A DNA stretch of 64,000 bases from Ptychomitrium polyphyllum (taxonomy: Eukaryota): the NCBI GenBank assembly GCA_973851085.1, contig OZ316776.1, positions 3,038,001 to 3,102,000 of the forward strand. Direction: 5' to 3'. Positions 39,901-51,376 of this stretch are shown in pieces; position 1 is the stretch's first letter; each line of letters starts with the position of its first letter. The notes below the pieces were generated by a model. The model made no database searches, was not told where the DNA came from, and was given only the letters and a program-made list of their open reading frames with translations. The position numbers and the translations under genes are program-made.

Positions 39901-41550
39901 TATAAGATAAGCTAGATGCCATATTTTAAAAATCTTATTTTACGTCTAAATTTGGAGATGAAGTTTTATATCAACAAAGGATTATTTTATTGAAGCCTCA
40001 GAATCTTCAATTGAAGGCAGTGACCATCACCACAACATCCCATTTTGGCTAAATCTGGAGGACTTTGAGGAATAATGTCCTTGTTATAAAATATAAAGAG
40101 GTGCATCAAGGACAACGCAGATTCTTTAAATAATGGGCTTTGAGGAATAATGTCCTTGTTATAAAATATAAGGAGGTGCATCAAAGACACCGGAGATTCT
40201 TTAAATAATGATGAAGACTTTGAATTCTAAAAGGGCCTATTTTACCATAAATGACTTTTATATTTACCTTCAAAATCCTTGCAATTAAAGATCTTTTAAG
40301 CATGCCATGATTTTCTAGTGGGTTGGCACTTTGGATTTAATAAACTATGGAATTGATTGCCAGATACTACTGGTGACCACAAATGTAGAAATACGTGATG
40401 GAGTTTGTTCAATAATGTCACTTGCACAAGGGCCAAGGTATTAAGACACCAACTTCATGGTTTCTTCCATCCACTTCGAATGCCAAAGAATCCATGGTTG
40501 TCATTGTTACTAGATTTTATCACGTACTTCTCTACTTCCAATTTAAAAATTTCTATTTTAGTAGTGGTAGATGAGTTCACCAAGATGGTGCACTTCATTC
40601 CATATAACAAGACAAAAATGGGAGAAGAAACTCCTAAGTTATTCTAAATTGTATTTATTGCATATATGAAGTACCAAATGATATTGTATCCAATTGAAGC
40701 TGTAGTTCATTTCCAACTTTTGGAGGATTTTATTCTATCTATTGCATATGAAGATCAACCTTTCTTTAGCACACAATTTGAAGATTGATGGCCAAACCAA
40801 ACGTATGAATTAAATTTTGGAGCAATACCTTTATTGCAGTATAAATTATTAGCAAGACAAATTAGATGAATCTCATACTTTTAGCAAGTTTTTTTTATAA
40901 CAATACAATGCATCTTTCAACAATGCAAACACCATTCATTGGAAATTATGGCCATCATCTTCGAGCAGATTCATTCCAAATGAAGCATGTTGAAAATCCT
41001 GCAAGAAAAGATTTTATAGCTCAACTTGCTAAAATCCATCAAGAACTTGCTTTCCTATTATAACAAGCTCAAAATCATTACAAAGACTATGAAAGTTGTC
41101 ATTGGAAGGACCAGTCAAAGTTTAAGGTAATGTATGGCTCCTATAATAAAACATATAAACAAAAAGATTGTCAAAAAAATTGGACTGTTAAAGGCTTGGG
41201 CCATTTGAAATTGTCAAACGGATAAATCCAATTAGATGCTATTTTAAACTACCACCAATCATATAGGTTCATCAAGTGTTTCATGTATTTTTATTGAAAT
41301 CCTATAAAAATTCATATATACTAAAAAAGATTGTTTCTTTGGTTTTTCCAATAGAAATCAATAATGAAATGGAATATGAAGTCAAAAAGATTTTAGATTC
41401 ATATATTAAAAATAGATGTATGGAGTACCTTATACATTGACAAGGATATGACATCAATAACCAAACATGGAAATTTTCAATGAACATTACAAATGCATTT
41501 GACAAGATAAGCAAATTTCATCAAAGATATCATCAAAAACCAAGTCACTA
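36993..41550 (+). mobile_element. Degenerate Ty3/gypsy LTR retrotransposon, chromovirus (Tcn1-like): gag-protease-RT-RNaseH-integrase-chromodomain, many stops and frameshifts
   Basis: Gag remnants: KINILNKFNG ~37220, GLRENVKYLL ~37610, SMQIDA ~37812, decayed CCHC knuckle CLFYGKSEYKVRYC ~37887. Protease: AFLDIDA ~38130. RT: [41 protein letters not shown] ~39125. RNase H: DASYFVLCLILSQ, AAEINYNIHDKELLAI. Integrase: HD....HFGFNKT, PWLSLLLDFIT, VVVDEFTKMVHFIP, DGQTKRMN. GPY/F-like GPFEIV ~41198. Chromodomain EYEVKKILDS...YLIH*QGY...TW at ~41372-41550. Confidence 0.93.
40063..40210 (+). repeat. 75-bp tandem duplication inside the gypsy pol (RNase H-integrase linker)
   Basis: CTTTGAGGAATAATGTCCTTGTTATAAAATATAA(A/G)GAGGTGCATCAA...AGATTCTTTAAATAATG at 40063 and 40138, with only a few substitutions. 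Confidence 0.9.
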
Positions 41551-42470
41551 ATGACATATTATGATAAATCAATAGCCATTAATTTTACAAAGAAGATTTT
41601 TTATAGATTAGTATAGGAAAAACGAAGCAATATTCAACCTTCAATTGTATACAACAATATTTCTAAGATGGATCATTTTTAGATCCTAGCTTGTATATAA
41701 AATCTTTGCATTATTATAGATTTGTGTGAAGAACAGTTGGCCGTACCTTCTTAAACAGTAATACGTATTGAACCAATTAATTTTTTTCAAGTTTTAGCAC
41801 TAAAGGATTTAAGGCAAGATTTTGCAAAGGCATTCCAACATTGAGTGCAACCATATATAAAAGTATTGGCTAATTACCTTTTATATTTTAGTCTTAATTC
41901 AGATGCTTGAACTCTAGTCAACTTGTTTAAAATTGAAAGAATCACTCTTGTTTGAAGGATGTTTTAGAGGATTTAATCAAGATCAAATCCTAGAATAGGA
42001 CATTTCAACAACAGAAGTCTTAATTGGTAATCATCAATATTTCTTACAAGGACCAATTGAATTAGTGGATAAAGAAGAATAAACAAAATATGTTGCTTCT
42101 CTTCTTTGACAAATTTTGGAATTTGTGGAAATATGACAAGTAAATCACAATAAGAGCTCGTCATGGAACTTATTGCTAAAGGTGGAAGTGATGTCATAGA
42201 CATAAATTATGCAATATGATCTTTAAAACCTTCTAGACTCTTTTGGTATATTGTAGTAGCTTCTTCAAATACTTTCAATGCTTCCATAGCCATTTCAATC
42301 TTTGAAAAATTTCTTAAAAAGGTTCTATTTCTTTGAAAACTTTTTATGAAGGTTTTATAAACTTCTAAAATATTCTTAAGCTTCATGGAAAGCTTTTTAA
42401 AAGTGTCTAAGAAAATATAAGCTATATAATAAAAATTGGAAGCAAGACAAGTTTTAATTTAGTCTTGCCA
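41551..42470 (+). mobile_element. Probable 3' non-coding region / LTR remnant of the gypsy element
   Basis: Directly follows the chromodomain. Contains decayed GAAGCTT/TTCTAGA-type subrepeats (42230-42420). LTR boundaries and TSD could not be identified. Confidence 0.4.
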
Positions 42471-42565
42471 ATACAGGTTGTGGATCATATTGTATAGTAG
42501 CCTTGTTCTAGTCATTAAATGAATTCTTATTAATCATTAGTTCTTTGAACATTTTCATAGATATT

Positions 42566-42633
42566 GGGTCAATAGCTTAGTGGTTGATTATGTTGCTTCT
42601 AAAAAAGAGGTCCTTTATTTAAACCTTAAGCCG
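42566..42633 (+). other. Degenerate tRNA-like / SINE-head remnant
   Basis: Good Pol III A-box TAGCTTAGTGG (42573) after GGGTCAA, then GAGGTC and a decayed B-box-like TTTATTTAAACC at tRNA-like spacing. No intact cloverleaf. Confidence 0.35.
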
Positions 42634-45600
42634 TATTGAAGCTATCATCATTACCTACCCAACTATGGTTTCAATTAGTTTTTAGTTTTTATATTCCATA
42701 TAAAATTTCAATGCTCTTCTAATGTTTTTACATATGTTTTTGCTAACTCAAATTCAAACCCTATCTATGGTAATTGTAGGATTTGTTTTATTTTTCTAAA
42801 TATTAAATTCTTAAATTTTGGTTAATGTCTCTTATATAACTGAAGATTATTGAAAATGAAGAGCAAAGTTACACAATACATTTTAGACCACAACATATTC
42901 TATGAATTTCATCTTTTGAAAGTCCTTAATCAAGCAAGAGGATACAAATATGGATGAATGAATTTGTGCATGATGGAGTTTTGGGTTAACCTTCTACTCG
43001 AGAATTCTTTTTCAGTTACTATAGAGTAGTAGAACTGAATCAGGGCTTTCGACTCATTGGATCCTAGTTTGATACATTCTCCTGCCACAACCTGTAGAAC
43101 TTGGCTCAAAACATATTTCTAGTTAATTCTGAAAGAGGAGTGACAGACAAATCTACTTATTAGCTGGTAAGAATTATTGCGTGTTTGGTCGGTTGGACAA
43201 TAATATTGTTACATTGCAATTCGTCTTGAGTTTTGAGTCACATTTCGATGAAAATATTGGTATTGTACCCTTGCAACAGTCCGCAAACAATCATCCATGT
43301 TTTTAACCAATTTTTTTTAGAAGGTATCAAGCTAACTAGCACCAGCTTCAAGGGAAGTTGACCGCATTCAACTCTTGTCATTTGGACTTATAAAGGTCAT
43401 GTGGAATTAATCAACCAAAGTTCCTTCAAGAACACTTCACGCTGTCCTCAAATCAGGCACAAACTCAACACGGCTGCAATGTTAATAATACAAGATGTAT
43501 TACTTCAAATCGAACCCCTGAGCTGTATAAGACAGCGGACAGGAATACAGTTGGAGTTCATTCTCCAAGAAAGGGCATGTCAAGAATATAGTTTAGAGCA
43601 GATTTTAATAAGCACCTATTTTGCAAACTCATTATTGACCCATTAAACATGATTTAATATTATCAACATTAATTTTTAGTTTTAGTTTTTTAGTTTCTTT
43701 CCTTTTGATACATGAACGGGGGTTCTCAGATTTGTTAGCCTACTACAAGTCTACAACTTGTGGATACATTACCTTCTAAGGAAAACAATTTTTGGAGAAA
43801 ACATTGACGAGCAGTCATTGGCTGGCTCCATAGTAAAGGCAGTGATTGGATCCATAGCTTTACTGTAGACTTTCCCCATTTCGAAAGTTATGAAAATTAT
43901 CATAAAGAAAAGGCAAGAAACAATAGTGTACCAAATATAATCCTCTTCGAGACCAACTAATTTCATATCCAGTGACTGTTATTTCTGGTGTAGAACAGAA
44001 CGTGGAAAAATTGTGTCACGAGCAACCCACAGTTAAAGCTGCACGTCAATGCGCCCTCTGGTGAGGTATGTTCAAACTAGACTTGTAATTTACTTTCAGC
44101 ATTAAGTGTTTCTGCAGACAACATTCTAGAACCAGTGCTCCTCCATTTTCAAATCCATCCTCCAGTTCCAATTCAATTTCTGAACCAGTTTTAGAACTTG
44201 TTAAACCATGTCTAACAAACCGGCAACAATTGAGAATTTAGTTGAATAATGAAGATTCCAATGGAAGGCTGCCAGTCATCTTGCTTTGGTTGTTGTTGAT
44301 TTGTGTTTCTTAATGAATATAATTAACCTATACGATCGAAATTTTGAGTATTTACGATACGATGAGTTATAAAAAAAAGAATTGATTTTGTAAGTTTAGA
44401 AACCAATTTAATAACAGTCCCTATCATGAACCAATTTCACCACACAGTTGACCAAACTAATTTGAATCTTCAATTAGTTTCACGACATATTGTAAGCAGT
44501 TTCCATCAGTAAATGCCTGTGTTTACAACTTTACCGAACAATTTCCATGAAATCTATATTTTGTCTCATGAAGAATAGTGCACAATGCAAAAAATCCTCA
44601 CTGCTTTTCATGACTGGCTCTACCAGAATTATAATCAACCTCTCTTATCAAACCTTGAGCCATATTTGATGGTACATTGTGAATGATATAACCCTTGAAT
44701 AATGTTTCATGACATCAGAAATAATTCCATAGGACATGATTTTGATGTGTCCAAGTAGTAAAATACTTACTTTAAAACATATAGAAATGGGCATATCTTT
44801 GTAGTTATACAATATGTGAACAACATATCATTGATGTTCAATTTCAGAATAAACATAATAAGCTGTTTGTAAGATGGCATGCATATAAACATGATCCACC
44901 TTTATTCCTAAAGTGGTTTGGAAGATTCATGAAGTTGCCAGGGTTAAAATTCCAGTCTCAGTGAGGTGTGTCACAGGTCAGGTTGATTGAGAAGAATCAT
45001 GGACCAGCCTCAAAGACTCATGACATAGTTGACAAGTTCACGAACTAGGTTGAAGCCTTCATAAAATTGAGTTTGCAATTCTGGAAATGCATCTTACCAA
45101 ACGAGTATATTTTCAGACTGGTGTTTCAGCTTGTAAATTACTGAAAATGATTATCTCATTTCTGAAAATTTTCATCTCGAAAAGGCTTTAAATAAATACC
45201 GGTATCAGATGTAGTAAAGTTCATTAGTGGATGAAAGTTTCCTAGTTTTTCCAGTTTTCTTCCAAGAGTTCAGTTTGCTATATATCAGTATTACTTAAAA
45301 CATAATAAAATCATTCAAATAAACCAAGTTACTGTTCTTTGATAGTGACCTTTCATAGTTTCTCACCTCAGGGGCATAGTGGAATTAACGTCCTCAACAG
45401 TGATAGTAAATCTCCAGTTACTGATTCTTGTTCCTGTACCGTACTTATACGAAATGATTCCTATGGATACGAATCTCGAATACACTCGCTTCAAGATGCT
45501 TCGGAGTCTCCCAGGTGGTAATAATTCATGTCAAAAGGCTAAAAAATCTTGCTTGAACTATGAACAAACAGTATTTATTTTAACCCCCCGCTGAAAGGTC

Positions 45601-46852
45601 GGCAAGAATGAACACAAACATACAAACTTTGGAATGGAAAGATGAGGCTAAAAAGAGCTGCAGCGGAGATGATGATGTGCAGGTAAACTAATTTTGCAGG
45701 ATCCCCGGTTTGGAGGCAAAAGCAAGAAAAAGGAGTTAGGAATGAGTTCCCTCACATGACTCCCGCTTAAACTGATAAATTCATACCAAAAGATGGACGT
45801 AGTATCCTCCCTCACTCATCGTTTAAGACCAGCCCCACCCCACCCTCCATTATTTCCTTCCAGCGCGATTCATGAGGCCACCCACGAGTTGAAGCTCCTC
45901 ACCAGAATCTGGTAAACTTCCAATAATTTTTTTCTGATTCTTTTAATTTTTTTAATACTAAGTTTCCTATAATTCACCCATTCTTACTTCCAGAATACTA
46001 TGTTGACTACCGACGACTCGTCACTCCAGGGTGCGCTTGGCTGTAAGTTGCCACACGAGGATTTGCAGGAAAATGGATGACGAAAACTAGGAAGAGGTGA
46101 TTGCGCAGTCCTACCAAATTCTCGTACAGAAATCTGAACAAATTAAAAAATCAGGAACAGGTTTAACTGGATGGAAATAATTAGTCGTCGATTCGGAGTG
46201 GCTGTACGGCCCAGATAGATTCCTGGATTTCTCAATCAACGTCGTCTTGTAGATCCATCAGCGCAGCTCGTGCTCGTCTTTTAAATGTAGGGCCAGGTTG
46301 TGCAAATTTGGCCTTTCCTCGTGGTTTTTATGATTTTTGGGTTTCATGATAGTGGCGCTTGGAGCTACTACATAGTAGTGAGAGATGAGAGCTGACAGAT
46401 TAGGGGAGATCAATCTTTACCGCAAGGACTCCATCGCTCCTTCATCAAGGCACTGGATTCGTCGTACCCAGATCCGCTTGAAGGGCCAGAATATACAAAA
46501 GCCCATTCTTTCTCAGGCTCCTCTAGTCTTGGTAGGAGGCCCCTTTTAGCATTGTTTAGACTCGTAAATGGGCTGAGCCCCTTGTCAGATCATCTAGACA
46601 GCGAGGCTTGATTCGTGCCCGTGGTGTTTAGAACTCAGACAGTGGTGTGTTGCCTCCGAATGAGAGAGGTGTAGAACTACTAGTCGAGTCCCCTAGTTCT
46701 AAATTTTGACCCTTCGTGCACCGAGTTACATGTTACGTTGCCTGGTTCAGGTGTTGCAAAAGAGGTGACTGCAATCACATTCAGTGTAAGTCTTTTGACG
46801 CAGGTGGGTAAGTTAGCCCGTGTTTGTGAAGCAGATCGAAGTTTGGCCTCAT

Positions 46853-49804
46853 ATGGTAGCCATGGGCGAGGCCAAGGGAGATGGTAGCGTGCTACTGCTC
46901 GCTCTATTCGTCATTTTTGTGTCTGTGAATGGACAAGGTGCTCCAATGGCTCCAGTAAAGGCTCCAGTGAAAGCTCCGGTGAAGGCCCCAGCGGCTCCAG
47001 TTGCAGGCCCAGCGAATGGTCCAGCTACAGCTCCGGCGCCGGTGCCACTGCCTCCAATGGTGTTCTCACCTGCCCCGGAGCCGGCACCTCTGTGGCCTCC
47101 TTGTGATGGAGTAGATCTTGTCTACACCACCACATCGACGCAGAAGATCTACCCCTACCTGAATGACACGCCCTGGATTCAGCCCTACAAGTTTGAATCT
47201 ACTGTGATTATCACCAACATGGGGTACTCCACTGTGGAGGGATGGGAGTTCGGCATTAATTTCACTCATGGGGAGGTAAGCAGCTTGTCTTGCAAAGTTC
47301 TAGTGGCTTTCCAAGACAATGCTTAAGCTACCTGCAAGTGGAAGGGCAAGCATTACCGGCTCAAGAAATGTTATGTAATGTAGTTGTGCAAGTTCCCCTA
47401 AAATAGGTTCTGATGGTTGTTGAATTGGGCAGATTATTGTAGATGCTTCCGGTATGGCGTTGGCCGATGGCAGGCTCATGCCCGTAGACGTTTCGAACGG
47501 GACCATTCTTACTCAAATTCCAGCCGGTGTTTTGAAGAATGCCATTGAAACTGCTGGTGATACTACTCAGATTCAGAAGATGTTTACTATCACTGGAACC
47601 GAGTTTGGGATGAAGAAGGACCCCATGCCATTGAACATCAACATCACCCAGAAGGGTTACAACTGCAGCATAGGCGAAATCTTTAACAGTAAGAGCGCAG
47701 ATGTTTAATTCTTCCATAGCACGTTCTTACTGTTTAGACACCTGCAAGGTTTCAAATTTTCCTGTATTCAAAGGCCGACTGATTTGTATCTTTGCAGATA
47801 ATACTATGCACTCATGCTGTTTGGAGCCAAACAGAAACGTTACCTTGACAGACGAGGAATTTTTCTTGCCTTCTGAGAAGGGAAACTTCACCATTACGTA
47901 CGATGTTACACAGGCTTACCCGGGCACCTACATGGCAATGGTAAGTGGTTTGCTGTCATTCTTTCATGAATGACAACCGATATTTTTCGGTGTTTTCCTA
48001 GTGTTCATTCTTGTTGACTTTATTTTGGACTACACTGAAGTCTCCGCCCTTGTATGAATCTTTACAGGTGACGATTTCCAATGACAGCCCTATTGTTAAA
48101 ATCGATAACTGGAATTTGTCATGGACTTGGCAAGAGAATGAGTTCATCACCAAGATGATGGGCGCTACTACTACACATGCTGACTTAGAAGTCTGTTTGA
48201 ATGGCGTTGCTGGGAAAACGTATACAGATCCTGACCTAAACGAGGTGTTCAGTTGCTCAACCAGTCCTGAGATCATTGACCTTCCGCTTGACAGAACCAA
48301 CGATACTCAAATCGGTGGCATCAAGTACTGCTGCAGGAATGGCACCATCTGGCCAGAGGCCATTGATTCTTCGAAATCCAAGTCGGCTTTCCGGATGAAC
48401 GTCTTTAAGCTTCCACCTTCAAGCTACCATCTGAACACCATCACACCCCCTGGAAACTGGAGGTTTGGAGAAGTCGGCAGATTCAAGTGTGGCAAACCTC
48501 GCAGGGTCAAACCCACTGTTTATCCTGACCCTTATTTGCTGCATGAGACCACTGCTTTCAAGACTTGGGAGGTGCTTCAAAAATCTTCATACCCTCTCCC
48601 ATCATTGTTATTCTTTTCTTCATTTTCATATACATGGTAAAAAGTACATGCAGAATTGGAAACAAACATATACATCAATAGACGAGGAACTGGTTGATAA
48701 CTACCTGATATATGCTGTGCTGGTTTGACAGTCAATTGTTGCTTTTCTTGTGTGCACCAGCCTTCTGTTTTCGTTTTTGGTCATTGAAGCTCAATCACAG
48801 ACAATTGATTCTTTACAAAGTGTAGCCTCGTGATATTTCATCCATTAAATGAACCCATTTCAGGTTTGGGAGTATCTTCAAAAGAGTCGCTGGACCGGCA
48901 TTTTACCAAACTTACCTCTCTTTAATGTGACACTGATTTTGAAACCGAGTTTCATTCTCAATACAAGGATGTGAAATTGTTGTTACTAGTTGCTCCGACT
49001 AATTATTGGTTTGTTTCTCACTTTTTTTTAAACTTTTATTTTTTCCAGGTCACCTGTAATGAGACCACGATAAAGAGACCCGCGAAGTGCTGTGTCTCCT
49101 TCTCGAAGTATACCAACAACTCCATCGTGCCGTGCCGCACATGCGCCTGCGGCTGTCCTGCCACCCCAGACCCAGCCCAACCAGTCTGCAACGCCAAGGC
49201 CTCCGCCATGCTACTCCCCTACGGCGCCCTCACAATGCATCCAGAGAATCGCACCAAGCAGATCCTCGCGTGGGCAAGCCTAAGCCACAAAGTCGCCCCT
49301 AACCCACTGCCCTGCATGGACTACTGCGGTGTCGCCATCAACTGGCACGTCGTGTCCAACTTCACTGGCGGGTGGAGCTCTCGGATGACGCTCTTCGACT
49401 GGTCCAACACCACCTACCCAGACTGGTACACCGTCCTCGAGATGCCACAGGCATTCCAGGGCTTCGAAAAGGCTTACTCCTTCAACGCCACCAAAATGCC
49501 GCTCATGAACGATACCACTGCTAACACCACCATCCTTGTACAAGGCTTGGAAGGGCTAAACTACCTCATGGCCGCCACAAACCGATCTGCTGGGAAGCTC
49601 CAATCGGTTTTCTCCTTCACGAAGAAGACTACGCCAGGAATCATGGAGCGGGATTTTTTCCCCTCAAGGATTTGGTTCAACGGTGAGGAATGTTCAATGC
49701 CGGAGGGTTATCCCATGAGTGGGGCCATGAGCACAAGGCCTAGTTTTGTCCTTGGTTTGGTGGTGAGTCTTGTGGTGGTAGTGATCGTTGGTCCTGTGTT
49801 CTGA
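46853..49804 (+). CDS. COBL: COBRA-like GPI-anchored protein (long COBL7-11 type) with AGP-like N-terminal module; join(46853..47275, 47433..47688, 47798..47940, 48068..48571, 49049..49804), about 693 aa
   Basis: Signal peptide (VLLLALFVIFVSVNG), then the COBL7-type N-terminal extension (CDGVDLVY, QPYKFES, LKNAIETAGD). Core motifs GNFTITYDV, WNLSWTWQENEFI, IIDLP, YCCRNGT, the CCVS motif (AKCCVSFS), PCRTCACGC, PLPCMDYCGVAINWHV, GKLQSVFSFTKK, FFPSRIWFNGEEC. C-terminal hydrophobic GPI signal. All four introns are GT-AG and phase-consistent. The start could also be ATG 46862. Confidence 0.95.
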
Positions 49805-51261
49805 GGAGATGCTGTGTACATTTTTCAGTTTAGTTGGTTTCATACTTCTTCCATTCTTTGGGCATTCAACTGTAAGGGGAGCTTATTTGTCGATGCTACC
49901 CTTGGCCTTGTTAAGAGTTGTATAGTACATAAGACGGTACCTACCCCGTTAAGAGAGATTTTTCTTGCGCCAAGTCTGGATTGACTGACACTTCCAATCG
50001 TAGTACTGTGGGCGAGGTTGAAGGGCAGAAGCGATGAATGACAATTGCCGCCTCTTTTCTTTTTCGCTCCATGTCATTTATGATGACAACCAATGTTTTA
50101 ATCATGTCAAAAAAATAACATCTACGTCTCTTACTCGGAAACTTATCACCATGAGTTTGTCGTTACTCTATGCAGTATGGTTCTCAATCATGCATGATTC
50201 ATTTGGTGTCCAGGTTGAGAAAGGGTCCAAGTCTTGATTGTTGAGTTCACTGTTGAAACAACTAAGTTCACTCCATCATTGGGAAGCGACCTGTCTACTC
50301 AGGAACAGTCTTCGAGAGTGTATTACAAGCTGTGAATTAGTTTAAGCTTTTCGATGTTCGAATCCACATATCTTCTTTCAACTAAAGTGAATATTATTGG
50401 AACCAACAAGGAACACAATCTCCTCGTGAGTCGAGAAAGTTCACGCTTTTCAATTGTCACCACCAGCGGCGGCGAAGGACAAATGGTTAAGAGAGTCTTT
50501 GGCGAAGGGAAGTCATTCTCAGTCGCCAAGCAAAAGAATGGGCAGGAGTGACAGGTGCGAAAGGCTGAGCTCTGGAGCACCAGGAGTCTATTTGGGGTAA
50601 TCTTTTTCTTTTTCTTCTTCTTTCTGTTTTTGGAACAAAAAAACCGCGAAAATTTCTTGTCAACAGACAAAAAGAACACAACCCGCAGAGAGCAGCACGG
50701 ACACCAGCCCGAGCAGAAGCAAGGCAAACTCTCGGACTCAAGACGATCATGTTTACAACAGTGTTGACTGAATGGTTGCCCTGACTTGTACCAGCTTTTT
50801 GACGACGTTACGATAAAACAGTGCACTACTGGTTTATCATATAATAAAAACATTGAAAGAAATCGTTGCAGTCCAAACGCCTGGGGTACACTGACAAGTA
50901 CAGGCCCACCCAGTTTGAAGAAAAGGATAGATATGAACGAGAGGAAATTCTGGAAGACTAGGAATACTCCTTCATCCATCCCCCCGCTACCAGAGTCTTA
51001 AATAAGCCTACACTGATAAAGCTTAGGGGTTGTAGCACTTGAATGAACCACTGATGAATGTTTATTTATTTCTTTTCTGACCCGGATCCTAAATGTGGGC
51101 CTGGTGGTCAAGGACCTTTTAATCTCTTTTGTTTTCAACTCAAATATATATTAAGTATTTCTTACTCAAAGTCATGAACAGATTGCATCGTGACATCGTG
51201 ACAGAGAGAACCAGATACGATTTTCATGACCAGGGTACAGTATATACTTACTTCGTCGTCT

Positions 51262-51376
51262 CATCTTTTGTGGTTCCATCTTTTGTGGTTCCATCTTTTG
51301 TGGTTCCATCTTTTGTGGTTCCATCTTTTGTGGTTCCATCTTTTGTGGTTCCATCTTTTGTGGTTCCATCTTTTGT
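51262..51376. repeat. Perfect 15-bp minisatellite (CATCTTTTGTGGTTC)x7 plus a 10-bp partial unit
   Basis: Seen directly. Produces the spurious VVPSF / MEPQK repeat ORFs. Confidence 0.97.

Noticed and set aside
5940..49804. GT47 and COBL as a cell-wall gene cluster
   Set aside because: They are about 38 kb apart, separated by TE debris, and belong to large families; co-occurrence is unremarkable.
50323..50979. 218-aa minus-strand ORF
   Set aside because: Low-complexity F/S/C/K-rich translation with no domain; resembles non-coding sequence.
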